Assembly: GCA_036676985.1 (NCBI GenBank) | Contig: JAKFBU010000027.1 | Location: forward strand, 96,001-160,000 | From: Candidatus Sericytochromatia bacterium | GTDB lineage: Bacteria; Cyanobacteriota; Sericytochromatia; S15B-MN24; UBA4093 | Direction: 5' to 3' | DNA: 64,000 bases | Shown here: positions 1 through 7,996 of the stretch, piece after piece | Position numbering within the stretch: the stretch's first letter is position 1 | How the letters are laid out: each line of letters opens with the position of its first letter | Made by a program: the position numbers and the translations under genes | The notes under the pieces: model-generated | The model's input: only the letters and a program-made list of their open reading frames with translations | Database searches by the model: none | What the model was told of the DNA's origin: nothing

Positions 1-535
1 CGCCTTGGTCAGCGGATCCCTGCCGCTCTACCTGAGCGAGGTCTGTGCCGCGGAGATGGCGCAGAGCGTGGCGGCCGTCGCGGCAGAGGCCCTCACGAGC
101 AAAGGCCTGGACCTGGTTCTGGAGATAGAACCGCACGTTCCGTACATCCTGGGCGATGCGCGACGCCTCTTCCAGTTGCAGCTAGAACTGCTGGAGAATG
201 CGGGGAAGTTCACGGCGCCCGGCGGGAGGATTGGCCTGCGGGTCACCTCAAGCCACGACCGGGTGAGGATGGACGTCTGGGATACGGGGCCGGGCATCTG
301 CGAGCAGGATCTCGGCCGAATCTGGCAAGCCTTTACCCAGCTGGAGACCGGGGATGCCCTTCGTAAGGGGGGGCTCGGGCTGGGCCTGTGCATCGTGAAG
401 CGCCTGGTAGAGCTTCACGGTGGCTGGATCGAGGTCGTCAGCCGCGCAGGGGAGGGGGCCATGTTCTCGGTATACTTGCCCGCGGGAGACGCGGTGGTAT
501 CTCTTGATGGCGGCATGCCCTCGACGGAGGCGTGA
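1..535 (+). CDS. Sensor histidine kinase, C-terminal HATPase_c domain (5'-truncated by window edge)
   Basis: N box ELLENAGKFT, G1 VWDTGPGI, F box WQAFTQ, G2 GGLGLGLCIVKRLVELHGG, ending GEGAMFSVYLP. Confidence 0.92.
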   Translation, partial: ALVSGSLPLYLSEVCAAEMAQSVAAVAAEALTSKGLDLVLEIEPHVPYILGDARRLFQLQLELLENAGKFTAPGGRIGLRVTSSHDRVRMDVWDTGPGICEQDLGRIWQAFTQLETGDALRKGGLGLGLCIVKRLVELHGGWIEVVSRAGEGAMFSVYLPAGDAVVSLDGGMPSTEA

Positions 536-682
536 GCCCCCACATGGCGACGGCCCTTTCCGGAGCCAAAGGGCCATTACCACGATTTCAATAGCTCGGG
601 AGGTCGTTACCGGAGACTTGGGGTTCGCACTGGTGCGGCCGCCTCGCGACCCGAGTTTTGGCTCGGGATACCCCGAAACCAA

Positions 683-726
683 AACGTTGCCCCCCGAGAG
701 CGGCAAGGCTCTCGGGGGGCAACGTT
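683..726. terminator. Perfect 19-bp hairpin, probable intrinsic terminator or RNA stem
   Basis: AACGTTGCCCCCCGAGAGC-GGCAAG-GCTCTCGGGGGGCAACGTT, flanked by AAAA on the left and CATTTT on the right. Confidence 0.6.
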
Positions 727-854
727 CATTTTAGGCCAGTGGGCTTGGCTGGACGAGTTTAGAACCATTCTCTGCGGGCTGTGAGGCACGCGGATGAGGG
801 CTTCTGCTAGTCGGGCGGAGCGCCGCAGCAGCGCGTGGCTTACGCGACTTGCAG

Positions 855-925
855 GTGGTTTTTTCGCCAAAAAAAGGTGGTCTTACAACCACTTACTTGT
901 GGTATGATAACCACCTAAAAGTGGT
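855..925 (+). promoter_or_regulatory. Operator array (GTGGT-N6-ACCAC, 22-bp period) overlapping an extended -10 promoter
   Basis: GTGGT at 855, 877, 899, 921; perfect palindromes at 877-892 and 899-914; TG-G-TATGAT at 900-908; RBS AAGGAGG before ATG 940. Confidence 0.75.
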
Positions 926-939
926 AAAAGGAGGGGGCC

Positions 940-1275
940 ATGATGTCCGATCCCCAGGGGCTTTTCGGCAGCCGTAGACGCACTGAGGTTCTCATCCTTC
1001 TTGGACTTCTCGAGGAATCCTACCCGAGCGAATTGGCTTCCCTGTTGAAGGCACCCCTTTACTCGGTGCAGCGCATCCTCACCGATCTGGAAAGCCAGGG
1101 GGTCGTTGCCTCGCGCCAGCGTGGACGCACGAGGCTCGTTACCTTGAATCCTCGATTCTACGCTGTCGATGAATTGCGGGCCTTATTAGCCCGGCTCGCT
1201 AGGGGCGAACCCGAGCTTGATGCACTGGCCGCCAGCCACCGAGTGCGCCCCGTTCAGCGCCGGAAGCTCGTATGA
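940..1275 (+). CDS. Winged-HTH (ArsR/MarR-like) protein, putative antitoxin/autorepressor
   Basis: 111 aa with HTH-like YPSELASLL...SVQRILTDLESQGVVASRQRGRTRLV; ATGA overlap with next gene. Confidence 0.75.
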   Translation: MMSDPQGLFGSRRRTEVLILLGLLEESYPSELASLLKAPLYSVQRILTDLESQGVVASRQRGRTRLVTLNPRFYAVDELRALLARLARGEPELDALAASHRVRPVQRRKLV

Positions 1276-1823
1276 GCATCCAGGCAACTACTCCGCTTGC
1301 GGTGGTCGCTTCTGAGATTTGCACGGCACTCGAGCGCTCAGGGATCACAGCGGTCCTCACGGGCGGAAGCGCCGCCACGTACTACGCCCCCGAGGCCTAT
1401 CAGTCCTTGGACATCGACTTCGTTGCCGTGCGGTTCGGCAGCACGCGCAACCGGGAAGCCGTGGAGCGCCAACTGGGCGCCCTCGGATTCCACGTCGACC
1501 GAGACTGCTACCGGCACCCGGAGAGCCCGTTTCCGATCGAGTTTCCTCCAGGACCGCTCGCGGTAGGGCGCGAGTTCATCACCAGCTGGCGCACCGTGCA
1601 AACCGCCGGGGGAATCTTGCACGTCTTGCATCCCACCGATTCCGTTAAAGACCGCCTGGCAGCCTTCATTCATTGGAACGATCGGTCTGGGCTCAGCCAA
1701 GCTTTGGCTGTGGCCAAGGCTTTGCCCGGCGAGATCGACCTTGCGAGCATCGAGGCCTGGGCGGAAGGGGAAAACGGCCGGACCAAGTTCGACGAGTTCA
1801 GAGAACGATTCCTGGGTCGCTAG
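1272..1823 (+). CDS. Pol-beta-superfamily nucleotidyltransferase (AbiEii/DUF6036-like), putative toxin
   Basis: VLTGGSA...SLDIDFV (GG-S and DxD) motif; translationally coupled to HTH gene. Confidence 0.75.
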   Translation: MSIQATTPLAVVASEICTALERSGITAVLTGGSAATYYAPEAYQSLDIDFVAVRFGSTRNREAVERQLGALGFHVDRDCYRHPESPFPIEFPPGPLAVGREFITSWRTVQTAGGILHVLHPTDSVKDRLAAFIHWNDRSGLSQALAVAKALPGEIDLASIEAWAEGENGRTKFDEFRERFLGR

Positions 1824-1876
1824 AAGGCGATCGCCTGCCGCAAGGCGGAAAAGTCCACCCGCTGACCAGCAAAGGG

Positions 1877-1910
1877 AAAGCCCCCGGAACGAGGAATCGT
1901 TCCGGGGGCT
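1877..1910 (-). terminator. Intrinsic terminator after tRNA-Val
   Basis: AGCCCCCGGAACGA-GGAA-TCGTTCCGGGGGCT stem, followed by TTTCCCTTT on the minus strand. Confidence 0.8.
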
Positions 1911-1912
1911 AG

Positions 1913-1986
1913 TGGGCACAACTGGATTCGAACCAGTGACCTCGTCGATGTCAACGACGCGCTCTAACCAACTGAGCTATGCGCCC
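1913..1986 (-). tRNA. tRNA-Val(GAC), CCA not encoded
   Basis: Reverse complement GGGCGCATAGCTCAGTTGGTTAGAGCGCGTCG-TTGACAT-CGACGAGGTCACTGGTTCGAATCCAGTTGTGCCCA; canonical D arm, GAC anticodon, TTCGAAT T loop; followed by CTA. Confidence 0.96.
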
Positions 1987-2050
1987 GAACAGGAGCCTAG
2001 TTTAACCGGTGGTGATGCCTGTGTCAAGCTTGGGCAATCACTTTTCGCGG

Positions 2051-2452
2051 CTAGGCCAGGGGAAGGACCAGCAACCCGGCTGGCCACTCGCCTTCCAGGG
2101 CCTGCGGATTGCGGTTGGCGGGGCAGTTGCGGTTCACGCACACGCCGCACTGGTCCTCGTTCTGGTAGGTGGCGCCGCGGTAGCGCAGCGTGTAGCTCGT
2201 CTTGTCCGTGACGATGGGGTTCTTCTCGCGCGTCACCTCGCTCGCGGTGAGGCGCACGAAGTACATGTTGCAGTGCCGCTCGGCGCGGCCCTCCCGCACG
2301 TTGCCCGCTTCGGCGAGCGGATAGAGGCCCGACCAGCCGAAGGCGCCGTTCACGACCAGGACGTTCTCCAGCGTCTCGGGCTGGGCCTTGTCGGTCGGGA
2401 CCGTCTCGGCGCGGAGCAGGGGGTGGGCGTCGCGGGTGCTGTTCAAGGACAT
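2051..2452 (-). CDS. Hypothetical protein with Cys cluster (CGVCVNRNCPANRNP)
   Basis: GGAGGT RBS before ATG 2452; GC3-rich codon usage. Confidence 0.65.
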   Translation of the reverse strand: MSLNSTRDAHPLLRAETVPTDKAQPETLENVLVVNGAFGWSGLYPLAEAGNVREGRAERHCNMYFVRLTASEVTREKNPIVTDKTSYTLRYRGATYQNEDQCGVCVNRNCPANRNPQALEGEWPAGLLVLPLA

Positions 2453-2571
2453 GGGACCTCCACGGGGATTGACGGTCCATCTTACCACGCTGGTCGCCTG
2501 GTCCGGGGGGGGAGGCTGTGCTAGCATGGAGTGTTCACATTGTAACGTTTGCTGGAGAATCGCTTAATCCG

Positions 2572-4422
2572 ATGATCTCAACCATAGATGCCCTGTCCCG
2601 CCTGCACCGCTTCGAGGGCCAGAAGCGCGCCGAGACCTTCACCGGCTCCCTGTTGGGGATCGGTCTGCCCGAGCGCGATCGCGTCCTCGCCGCCGAGTTC
2701 GAGCGCTTCGACGCCGCGCTCGATCGCGCCAAGGAAGAAGCCGCGCGCACCGGCCAGAAGGTCGCGGTGGACGGCTCCCGCATCTCCTTGACCGAGGGCG
2801 GAGACACCTGGTGGGTGCTTCCGGACGGCACCATGGAGCGCGAGTACGATGCCTTCGAGGGCTTCGACCGCCTGGTCGCGGAGCTTGGCCATCCGCCCGA
2901 GCTGGATCCCGCCCGCGCCATCGATCCGGGCGTCCTGCTGCGCGCCGCCTACCACGCCTTCTGGTCCCCGACGGCCACCAACTGGCAGCCCACCCGCGTG
3001 GTCGAGCTCGAGGGCGCGGCCCGCAAACAGCTCCTGGAGCTCGTCGGCTGGCCGACCGAGACCGTGCTGCCCGCGCTCGTCCTCATGCGCCGCGATCACT
3101 ACGAGTCGCTCCTGGGCGACGTGCTCGAGCCCTACGGGCTCGCCGTCACGGCCCGCGAGGAGTCCATCGACGTGGGCATCTTCGCCGAGACGCTCGCCAT
3201 GTCGGCCCTGGGACACGGCCTGACCTTCCAGGAGCACGTCTTCTCGCCCGAACAGGTCGCGGGCGCCACGGAGCTCATGCTCGCGGAGCTGCGCGGCCGG
3301 CGCGATCGCCTCCAGGGGACGGAGGCCGAGATCGCGGGCGAGCGTGCCAAGATCGACATGCTCGTCGACTACCTCGAGCGCGGCAAGTACATCCCCGACA
3401 GCGTGATGCTGGTCGGCCACCCCAAGGCCGCCCCCAACGTCACCTTCGAGTCCTTCGAGGCGCTCATCGACGCCCACTCGACCCAGCGCGTGGCCTCGCC
3501 CACCCGCGAGTTCTCCAAAGCGGAGACGGAGCTGCTCTGGAAGCGCACGGTCGCGGCCCTGCCCCCGCACGAGCGCCAGACCGTGGAGTTCGTCTTCTTC
3601 CACTGGAACGAGCAGACGCCTCCTGCCATCGGCGGGGCCATGTTCGAAGCCCTCTACGGCTTGGGGGCCGATCCCGAGGCCAAGACCGGGGGTGAGGGCG
3701 GCCTGCTCACGGCCGTGAGCGTCCGCAACTACCTCGAGAACCTTGCCCGGACCGAGCCCGACTACGTCCGTGCCAACGTCGGCGAGGGCTGGGAGAGCAT
3801 GTCGGAGGCGGAGTTGCAGAAAGCCACCCGCGGGCTGGGCATCCGGGCGAAGGACATCGGTCGCTACCTGCGCGAGCGCATCCTGCGCGACGGCAAGTAC
3901 CAGGTCACCGACGGCGTCATCACGGACACCACCGGCAAGCCGCTGAGCATCCCGGTGCTCGTGCGCCTCAACAAGTCCCTGGCCTCGACCTTCGGCAACT
4001 TCTTCCTGAAGTTCCAGAACACGCATCCGCAGAACGGGGTGCTGATCGCCAACACCAAGGCGGGCGAGGCCCACTGGGTCTACCGCACCGTCGGCAAGGC
4101 CGCGGCCGTCTTGACCTACATGTCGCGGGCCATGGGCGCGTCGAGCATCATCAAGACGGGGCCCATCGACCTGGCGCGCGAGCCCATCCGCGGCATCCTG
4201 GTTGCGAACCTGGACGGCAAGCCCGAGGTGGCCGCCTTGCACGGCGGCCTGGAGGCCGGTGTCCTGCAGCCTGCCATGACCTTCCAGGTGGGTTATCCGC
4301 TCGCCGGGTCGGACGTCATCGACCAGGGCACGCCCGGCGAGCACACGGGCTACGAGGAGCGGCGCCGGGACAAGCGTCCGCCGCGCGAGCGCTTCGTGGA
4401 CCACTACCTGCCGGCGCTGTAA
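2572..4422 (+). CDS. Tandem nitroreductase-fold (Acg-like) FMN-dependent oxidoreductase
   Basis: AFWSPTATNWQPTRVV (like APSxxNxQPWRF), DVGIFAETLAMSALGHGL, VMLVGHP; second unit VGKAAAVLTYMSRAMG...MTFQVGYP. Confidence 0.6.
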   Translation: MISTIDALSRLHRFEGQKRAETFTGSLLGIGLPERDRVLAAEFERFDAALDRAKEEAARTGQKVAVDGSRISLTEGGDTWWVLPDGTMEREYDAFEGFDRLVAELGHPPELDPARAIDPGVLLRAAYHAFWSPTATNWQPTRVVELEGAARKQLLELVGWPTETVLPALVLMRRDHYESLLGDVLEPYGLAVTAREESIDVGIFAETLAMSALGHGLTFQEHVFSPEQVAGATELMLAELRGRRDRLQGTEAEIAGERAKIDMLVDYLERGKYIPDSVMLVGHPKAAPNVTFESFEALIDAHSTQRVASPTREFSKAETELLWKRTVAALPPHERQTVEFVFFHWNEQTPPAIGGAMFEALYGLGADPEAKTGGEGGLLTAVSVRNYLENLARTEPDYVRANVGEGWESMSEAELQKATRGLGIRAKDIGRYLRERILRDGKYQVTDGVITDTTGKPLSIPVLVRLNKSLASTFGNFFLKFQNTHPQNGVLIANTKAGEAHWVYRTVGKAAAVLTYMSRAMGASSIIKTGPIDLAREPIRGILVANLDGKPEVAALHGGLEAGVLQPAMTFQVGYPLAGSDVIDQGTPGEHTGYEERRRDKRPPRERFVDHYLPAL

Positions 4423-4484
4423 GGAGTCCGTTCGCCCTTCGAGGGCCTCAGGGTGAGCGGAATTGTAGTGGGTCAATTAGGAAT

Positions 4485-4512
4485 CGGGCCGCCTTCCAAA
4501 GAAGGCGGCCCG
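4485..4512. terminator. GC-rich hairpin between convergent genes
   Basis: CGGGCCGCCTTC-CAAA-GAAGGCGGCCCG; lacks a clear U-tract. Confidence 0.5.
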
Positions 4513-4861
4513 TGGCTTACTATGGGGTTTCGCTGGGGACCTTGCCGGGGTCCGATTCCTCGATCCGAGCCCGCTCGCAGATCGCGCACTCGTAGATGAG
4601 TTTGATGCCTCCGTCCGGAAACGTCAGTCGCTTGGTCAGACGCATTGCCCCTCGGCAGTGCGGACATGAGAGCTGAGGCATGCGCTTCTCCTTTGACGCT
4701 CATCCCGTTCCAGCCACATCCTAGCAAGGAGAGGGACGAGAAGATTCGTCAGAGGTGACAGCGCGCGTGTGAGATCTCGCACAGGGTCCGGCTATAGCAT
4801 CCAACAAGACCAGGCATGCGTGGCCTGTGGCCGCCCTTGGCGGCTGGAAGGAACAGTCTTG

Positions 4862-5161
4862 TTAGACGCTATTGACTTCCTCCAGGAGGCCGATCACCGT
4901 CTCGAGCTGGATGCTGACCTGCTGGCCCATGGCGACCAGGGCCTCGATCTGCTGCTCGATGAAGGGGATGAACTGGGGGTGCTCCGGCAGGAAGTGAAGC
5001 TCCTTGTCCTCCTCGAGCTCGTCGATCTCCCCGTTGATGGTCTCGAGCTTCTCGTAGAGGCGGTGCTTGACGCGCCGGAGCTTGTCCACCCCAAGCTTGT
5101 CACGCAGGGTCGAGTAATAGGTCGTCCAGTCGTTCACCTGGGTGGAAGTCGGGTGTGTCAT
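4862..5161 (-). CDS. Small helical hypothetical protein
   Basis: AAAGGAG RBS, host-like codon usage, coiled-coil pattern. Confidence 0.75.
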   Translation of the reverse strand: MTHPTSTQVNDWTTYYSTLRDKLGVDKLRRVKHRLYEKLETINGEIDELEEDKELHFLPEHPQFIPFIEQQIEALVAMGQQVSIQLETVIGLLEEVNSV

Positions 5162-5379
5162 CGGAGATCTCCTTTACTGGGGCGCGGTGAGGTGATGCTC
5201 TCGCTTGATTGTATCACTTTGCGAAGAAATGTGAACCGTCGGGACGTTCTTTCCGATCGGCTCGGCTTGAAACCGAGCAGGCATCAGCCTCATGTCCAAC
5301 CGCATGTAGCTGAAATGCAACAATGGTGCAAGATGCGGCGGGTTGAATGGAGCTGGCTACCAGCGGAAAGGATAGGGCC

Positions 5380-5736
5380 ATGACGAACTATCACCTGACG
5401 TGCACCTGGGAGGACTCCGACGGCGTCGTCATCATGCGGCCGATGGGCTTCCTGAATGACCAGACCGAGCGCGGCTTCGAGCAGATCATCACGGAGATCG
5501 GCGCCACGTGCCCGCGCATCGTCCTCGATGCCGCGGAGCTCGCGCACGTCTCGAGCATCGGGTTCGGAACCCTGCTCGCCATCACGGCCGAGCTGCGCCG
5601 GCGCGGCGGCGACGTGCGCCTCGCGGGCTTGAACGCCTCGCTGTCGCGCGCGCTGACGCTGGCCTTCGGCCCCTACTTCCAGCTCTTCACCTCCCCGGAC
5701 GAAGCCGTACGCTCGTTCGGCGCCGTCGCGGCCTGA
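5380..5736 (+). CDS. STAS anti-anti-sigma factor (RsbV/SpoIIAA-like)
   Basis: IVLDAAELAHVSSIGFGTL phospho-Ser motif; GGDVRLAGL. Confidence 0.9.
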   Translation: MTNYHLTCTWEDSDGVVIMRPMGFLNDQTERGFEQIITEIGATCPRIVLDAAELAHVSSIGFGTLLAITAELRRRGGDVRLAGLNASLSRALTLAFGPYFQLFTSPDEAVRSFGAVAA

Positions 5737-5745
5737 GGAGGTGGC

Positions 5746-6195
5746 ATGATCTCGGTCTCATCAGGTCAAATCGACGCTCAGGCCGTCTTCACCAACCGCC
5801 TCCAGAACATCTACGGCATGCATCAGTTCGTGCGCCAGGCCGCCATCGAGGCGGGCTTCTCGAACGTCGCGCTCGGCGACATCGAGCTCGCGGTGGTCGA
5901 GGCCTGCGCCAACGTGGTCAAGCATGCCTATCGGCACGCCGCCGAGGACTCGGCGCCCATCGAGCTGCACGTGCGCTTCGACTTCGGGCAGCTGGAGATC
6001 ACCGTGACCGACTGGGGGCAGCCCTTCGAGCCGCCCAAGGTCAAGGTTCCCGCTCCCGACGTGGAGCGGATGGTCTCCGAGGACCGGCGCGGCGGGATGG
6101 GCATCTTCTTCATGCAGCAGATGATGGACGACGTGGCCTGGGACATCCGGCCCGGGATCTGCAACCGGCTGAGGATGGTCAAGAAGCTAGTCTAG
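5746..6195 (+). CDS. Anti-sigma factor Ser/Thr kinase (RsbW-like, HATPase_c_2)
   Basis: ELAVVEACANVVKHAY, VTDWG, RGGMGIFFMQQMMDDV. Confidence 0.92.
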   Translation: MISVSSGQIDAQAVFTNRLQNIYGMHQFVRQAAIEAGFSNVALGDIELAVVEACANVVKHAYRHAAEDSAPIELHVRFDFGQLEITVTDWGQPFEPPKVKVPAPDVERMVSEDRRGGMGIFFMQQMMDDVAWDIRPGICNRLRMVKKLV

Positions 6196-6265
6196 GCCTG
6201 GGGGCGCCGGCATCCCCGTCGGTGCCCATCCGTTCGTGGCCGGCGAGGCGGCCGGCGCTCCCAGC

Positions 6266-7186
6266 CTAGGACTGGACCGCTGCGGCCTCGAAGCGCGGCA
6301 GTCCCGCGCGGATGGCCTCGTACTCGGTCATCATGCGCTCGACGACTTCTCGGCAGCCGACGATGTCCGAGACGAGGCTCACGCCGTGACCGGCGCTCCA
6401 GACGTCCCGCCAAGCGGAGGGGCGCAACGGGGCGCCGGTCTGGTTCTCCTTGGACGCCCGGAAGGCCTCCAGGCTCGGCCGGAGGAAGTTGGCCGGATGG
6501 CCCGAGACCTCGGGGCTGTACTCGATGTCCTCGGCCGTGCTCTCCACGATCAGCTGCTTGTAGCCCTCGGGCGCCGGGGACTCGCTGGTGGCGATGAAGC
6601 GCGTGCCGACGTACGCCGCCCCGGCGCCAAGGGCGAGGGCTGCGGCGACCCCGCGGCCGTCCGAGATGCCTCCGGCGGCCACCACCGGGATCGAGAGGTG
6701 CTGCTGGAGGTGCGGGACCAGCACGAAGGGGCTGATGACACCCGCATGGCCGCCCGCCCCCGAGGCCACGGCGATCACCGCGTCCGCGCCCGCCTGCTGA
6801 CACTTGAGGGCGTGCTTGAGGTTGGTGACGTCGCAGAAGACCTTGAGTCCGTGTTCATGCGCCGCCTGGATGACGGGCGCGGGGTTGCCCAGGCTCGTGA
6901 TGATGAGCGGCACGCGCTCTTCCAGGCAGACGGCGAGATCCGCCTCCAGGCGCTCGTTGCCGAGCAGGATCAGGTTGACGCCGAACGGCGCGCTGGTGCG
7001 CGCCTTGATGGCCCGGACCGCCTCCCGGAACTGGTCGGTGGTGCGCAGGTTGAGGGCCGGGAAGGCGCCCAGGGCGCCTGCTTCGCCCATGGCGACCACC
7101 ATCTCGACGTTGGAGATGAGGAACATGGGCGCCCCGAGGATGGGGTACCGGATGCCCAGCATGCGGGTGATGGCGGTGTCGTGCAT
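6266..7186 (-). CDS. Nitronate monooxygenase / FabK-family flavoprotein
   Basis: YPILGAPM, PFGVNLI, GAGGHAG, PVVAAGGISDGRG, GTRFIATSES; CAGGAGG RBS. Confidence 0.9.
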   Translation of the reverse strand: MHDTAITRMLGIRYPILGAPMFLISNVEMVVAMGEAGALGAFPALNLRTTDQFREAVRAIKARTSAPFGVNLILLGNERLEADLAVCLEERVPLIITSLGNPAPVIQAAHEHGLKVFCDVTNLKHALKCQQAGADAVIAVASGAGGHAGVISPFVLVPHLQQHLSIPVVAAGGISDGRGVAAALALGAGAAYVGTRFIATSESPAPEGYKQLIVESTAEDIEYSPEVSGHPANFLRPSLEAFRASKENQTGAPLRPSAWRDVWSAGHGVSLVSDIVGCREVVERMMTEYEAIRAGLPRFEAAAVQS

Positions 7187-7307
7187 GGATGCCTCCTGAG
7201 CGAGTGCCACCTTGGGCGTGGCGTCGGGCTGCTGTATGATAGACCTAGGTATAATAGGATTCGCCGCGGTGCGGCGCCAGCCCCCCCTTTGCCCCTTTGG
7301 AACCCCG

Positions 7308-7958
7308 ATGGCCACCAAATCCAGCAAGAAGCCCTCGCAGCGCGAGATCAAAAAAGAGGAGTCCCGCCAGGCGATCGCCCGCGCGGCCGTCTGTCTCTTC
7401 GAGGCGAAGGGCTACGACGCCACGACCATGGACGAGATCGCCCATTCCGCAGGCGTGAGCCGGCCGACGGTCTTCAACTACTTCGCCCACAAGGAGGACA
7501 TCCTCCTGGTGTTGGGCGTCATGATGAGCGAGCGGATCGCCGCGCAGCTGAACGTCCAAGATCCCCTCGCGCGCGAGGTGGATCCCATCGCCGCCCTGCG
7601 CAAGGTGGTCCTCACCATGGGGCGGTCGTTCGCCGATTACCCCGAGACCTCCAAGGCCTTCCACGCCCTGCGGGTCCAGGCCATGCGCTCGCGCCCCCGT
7701 GGGGGCGGGCTTGCGGACCTGCCCGGCGACAACGAGTTCGTCCAGGTCACGCGCTTCATCATCGCCTTGATCGAGCGGGCCCAGGCCCAGAAGGCCTTTC
7801 GGACGGACTTTTCCCCCAACGAGCTCGCCGCGCACCTCATGATTGGGCTCATCGCCTCGGTCATGGGCATCTGGTCCTACTCTGGGGGCAAGCCGGAGGA
7901 CCTGCCGGGCCTCATCGAGCGGCACTTCGAGATCACCCTGAACGGCATCCGCGCCTGA
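7308..7958 (+). CDS. TetR/AcrR family regulator
   Basis: LFEAKGYDATTMDEIAHSAGVSRPTVFNYFAHKEDIL. Confidence 0.93.
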   Translation: MATKSSKKPSQREIKKEESRQAIARAAVCLFEAKGYDATTMDEIAHSAGVSRPTVFNYFAHKEDILLVLGVMMSERIAAQLNVQDPLAREVDPIAALRKVVLTMGRSFADYPETSKAFHALRVQAMRSRPRGGGLADLPGDNEFVQVTRFIIALIERAQAQKAFRTDFSPNELAAHLMIGLIASVMGIWSYSGGKPEDLPGLIERHFEITLNGIRA

Positions 7959-7996
7959 GGTCACTCAGGCGCGGATGCGTTTTAGGCGGGTTCTCC

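Noticed and set aside
1910-1912. Missing CCA as a sign of tRNA pseudogene
   Set aside because: Many bacteria add CCA enzymatically and the cloverleaf is intact.
4513-4860. Possible small ORF (4473-4727) or ncRNA in an atypical intergenic stretch
   Set aside because: No RBS, codon bias or recognisable RNA motif.
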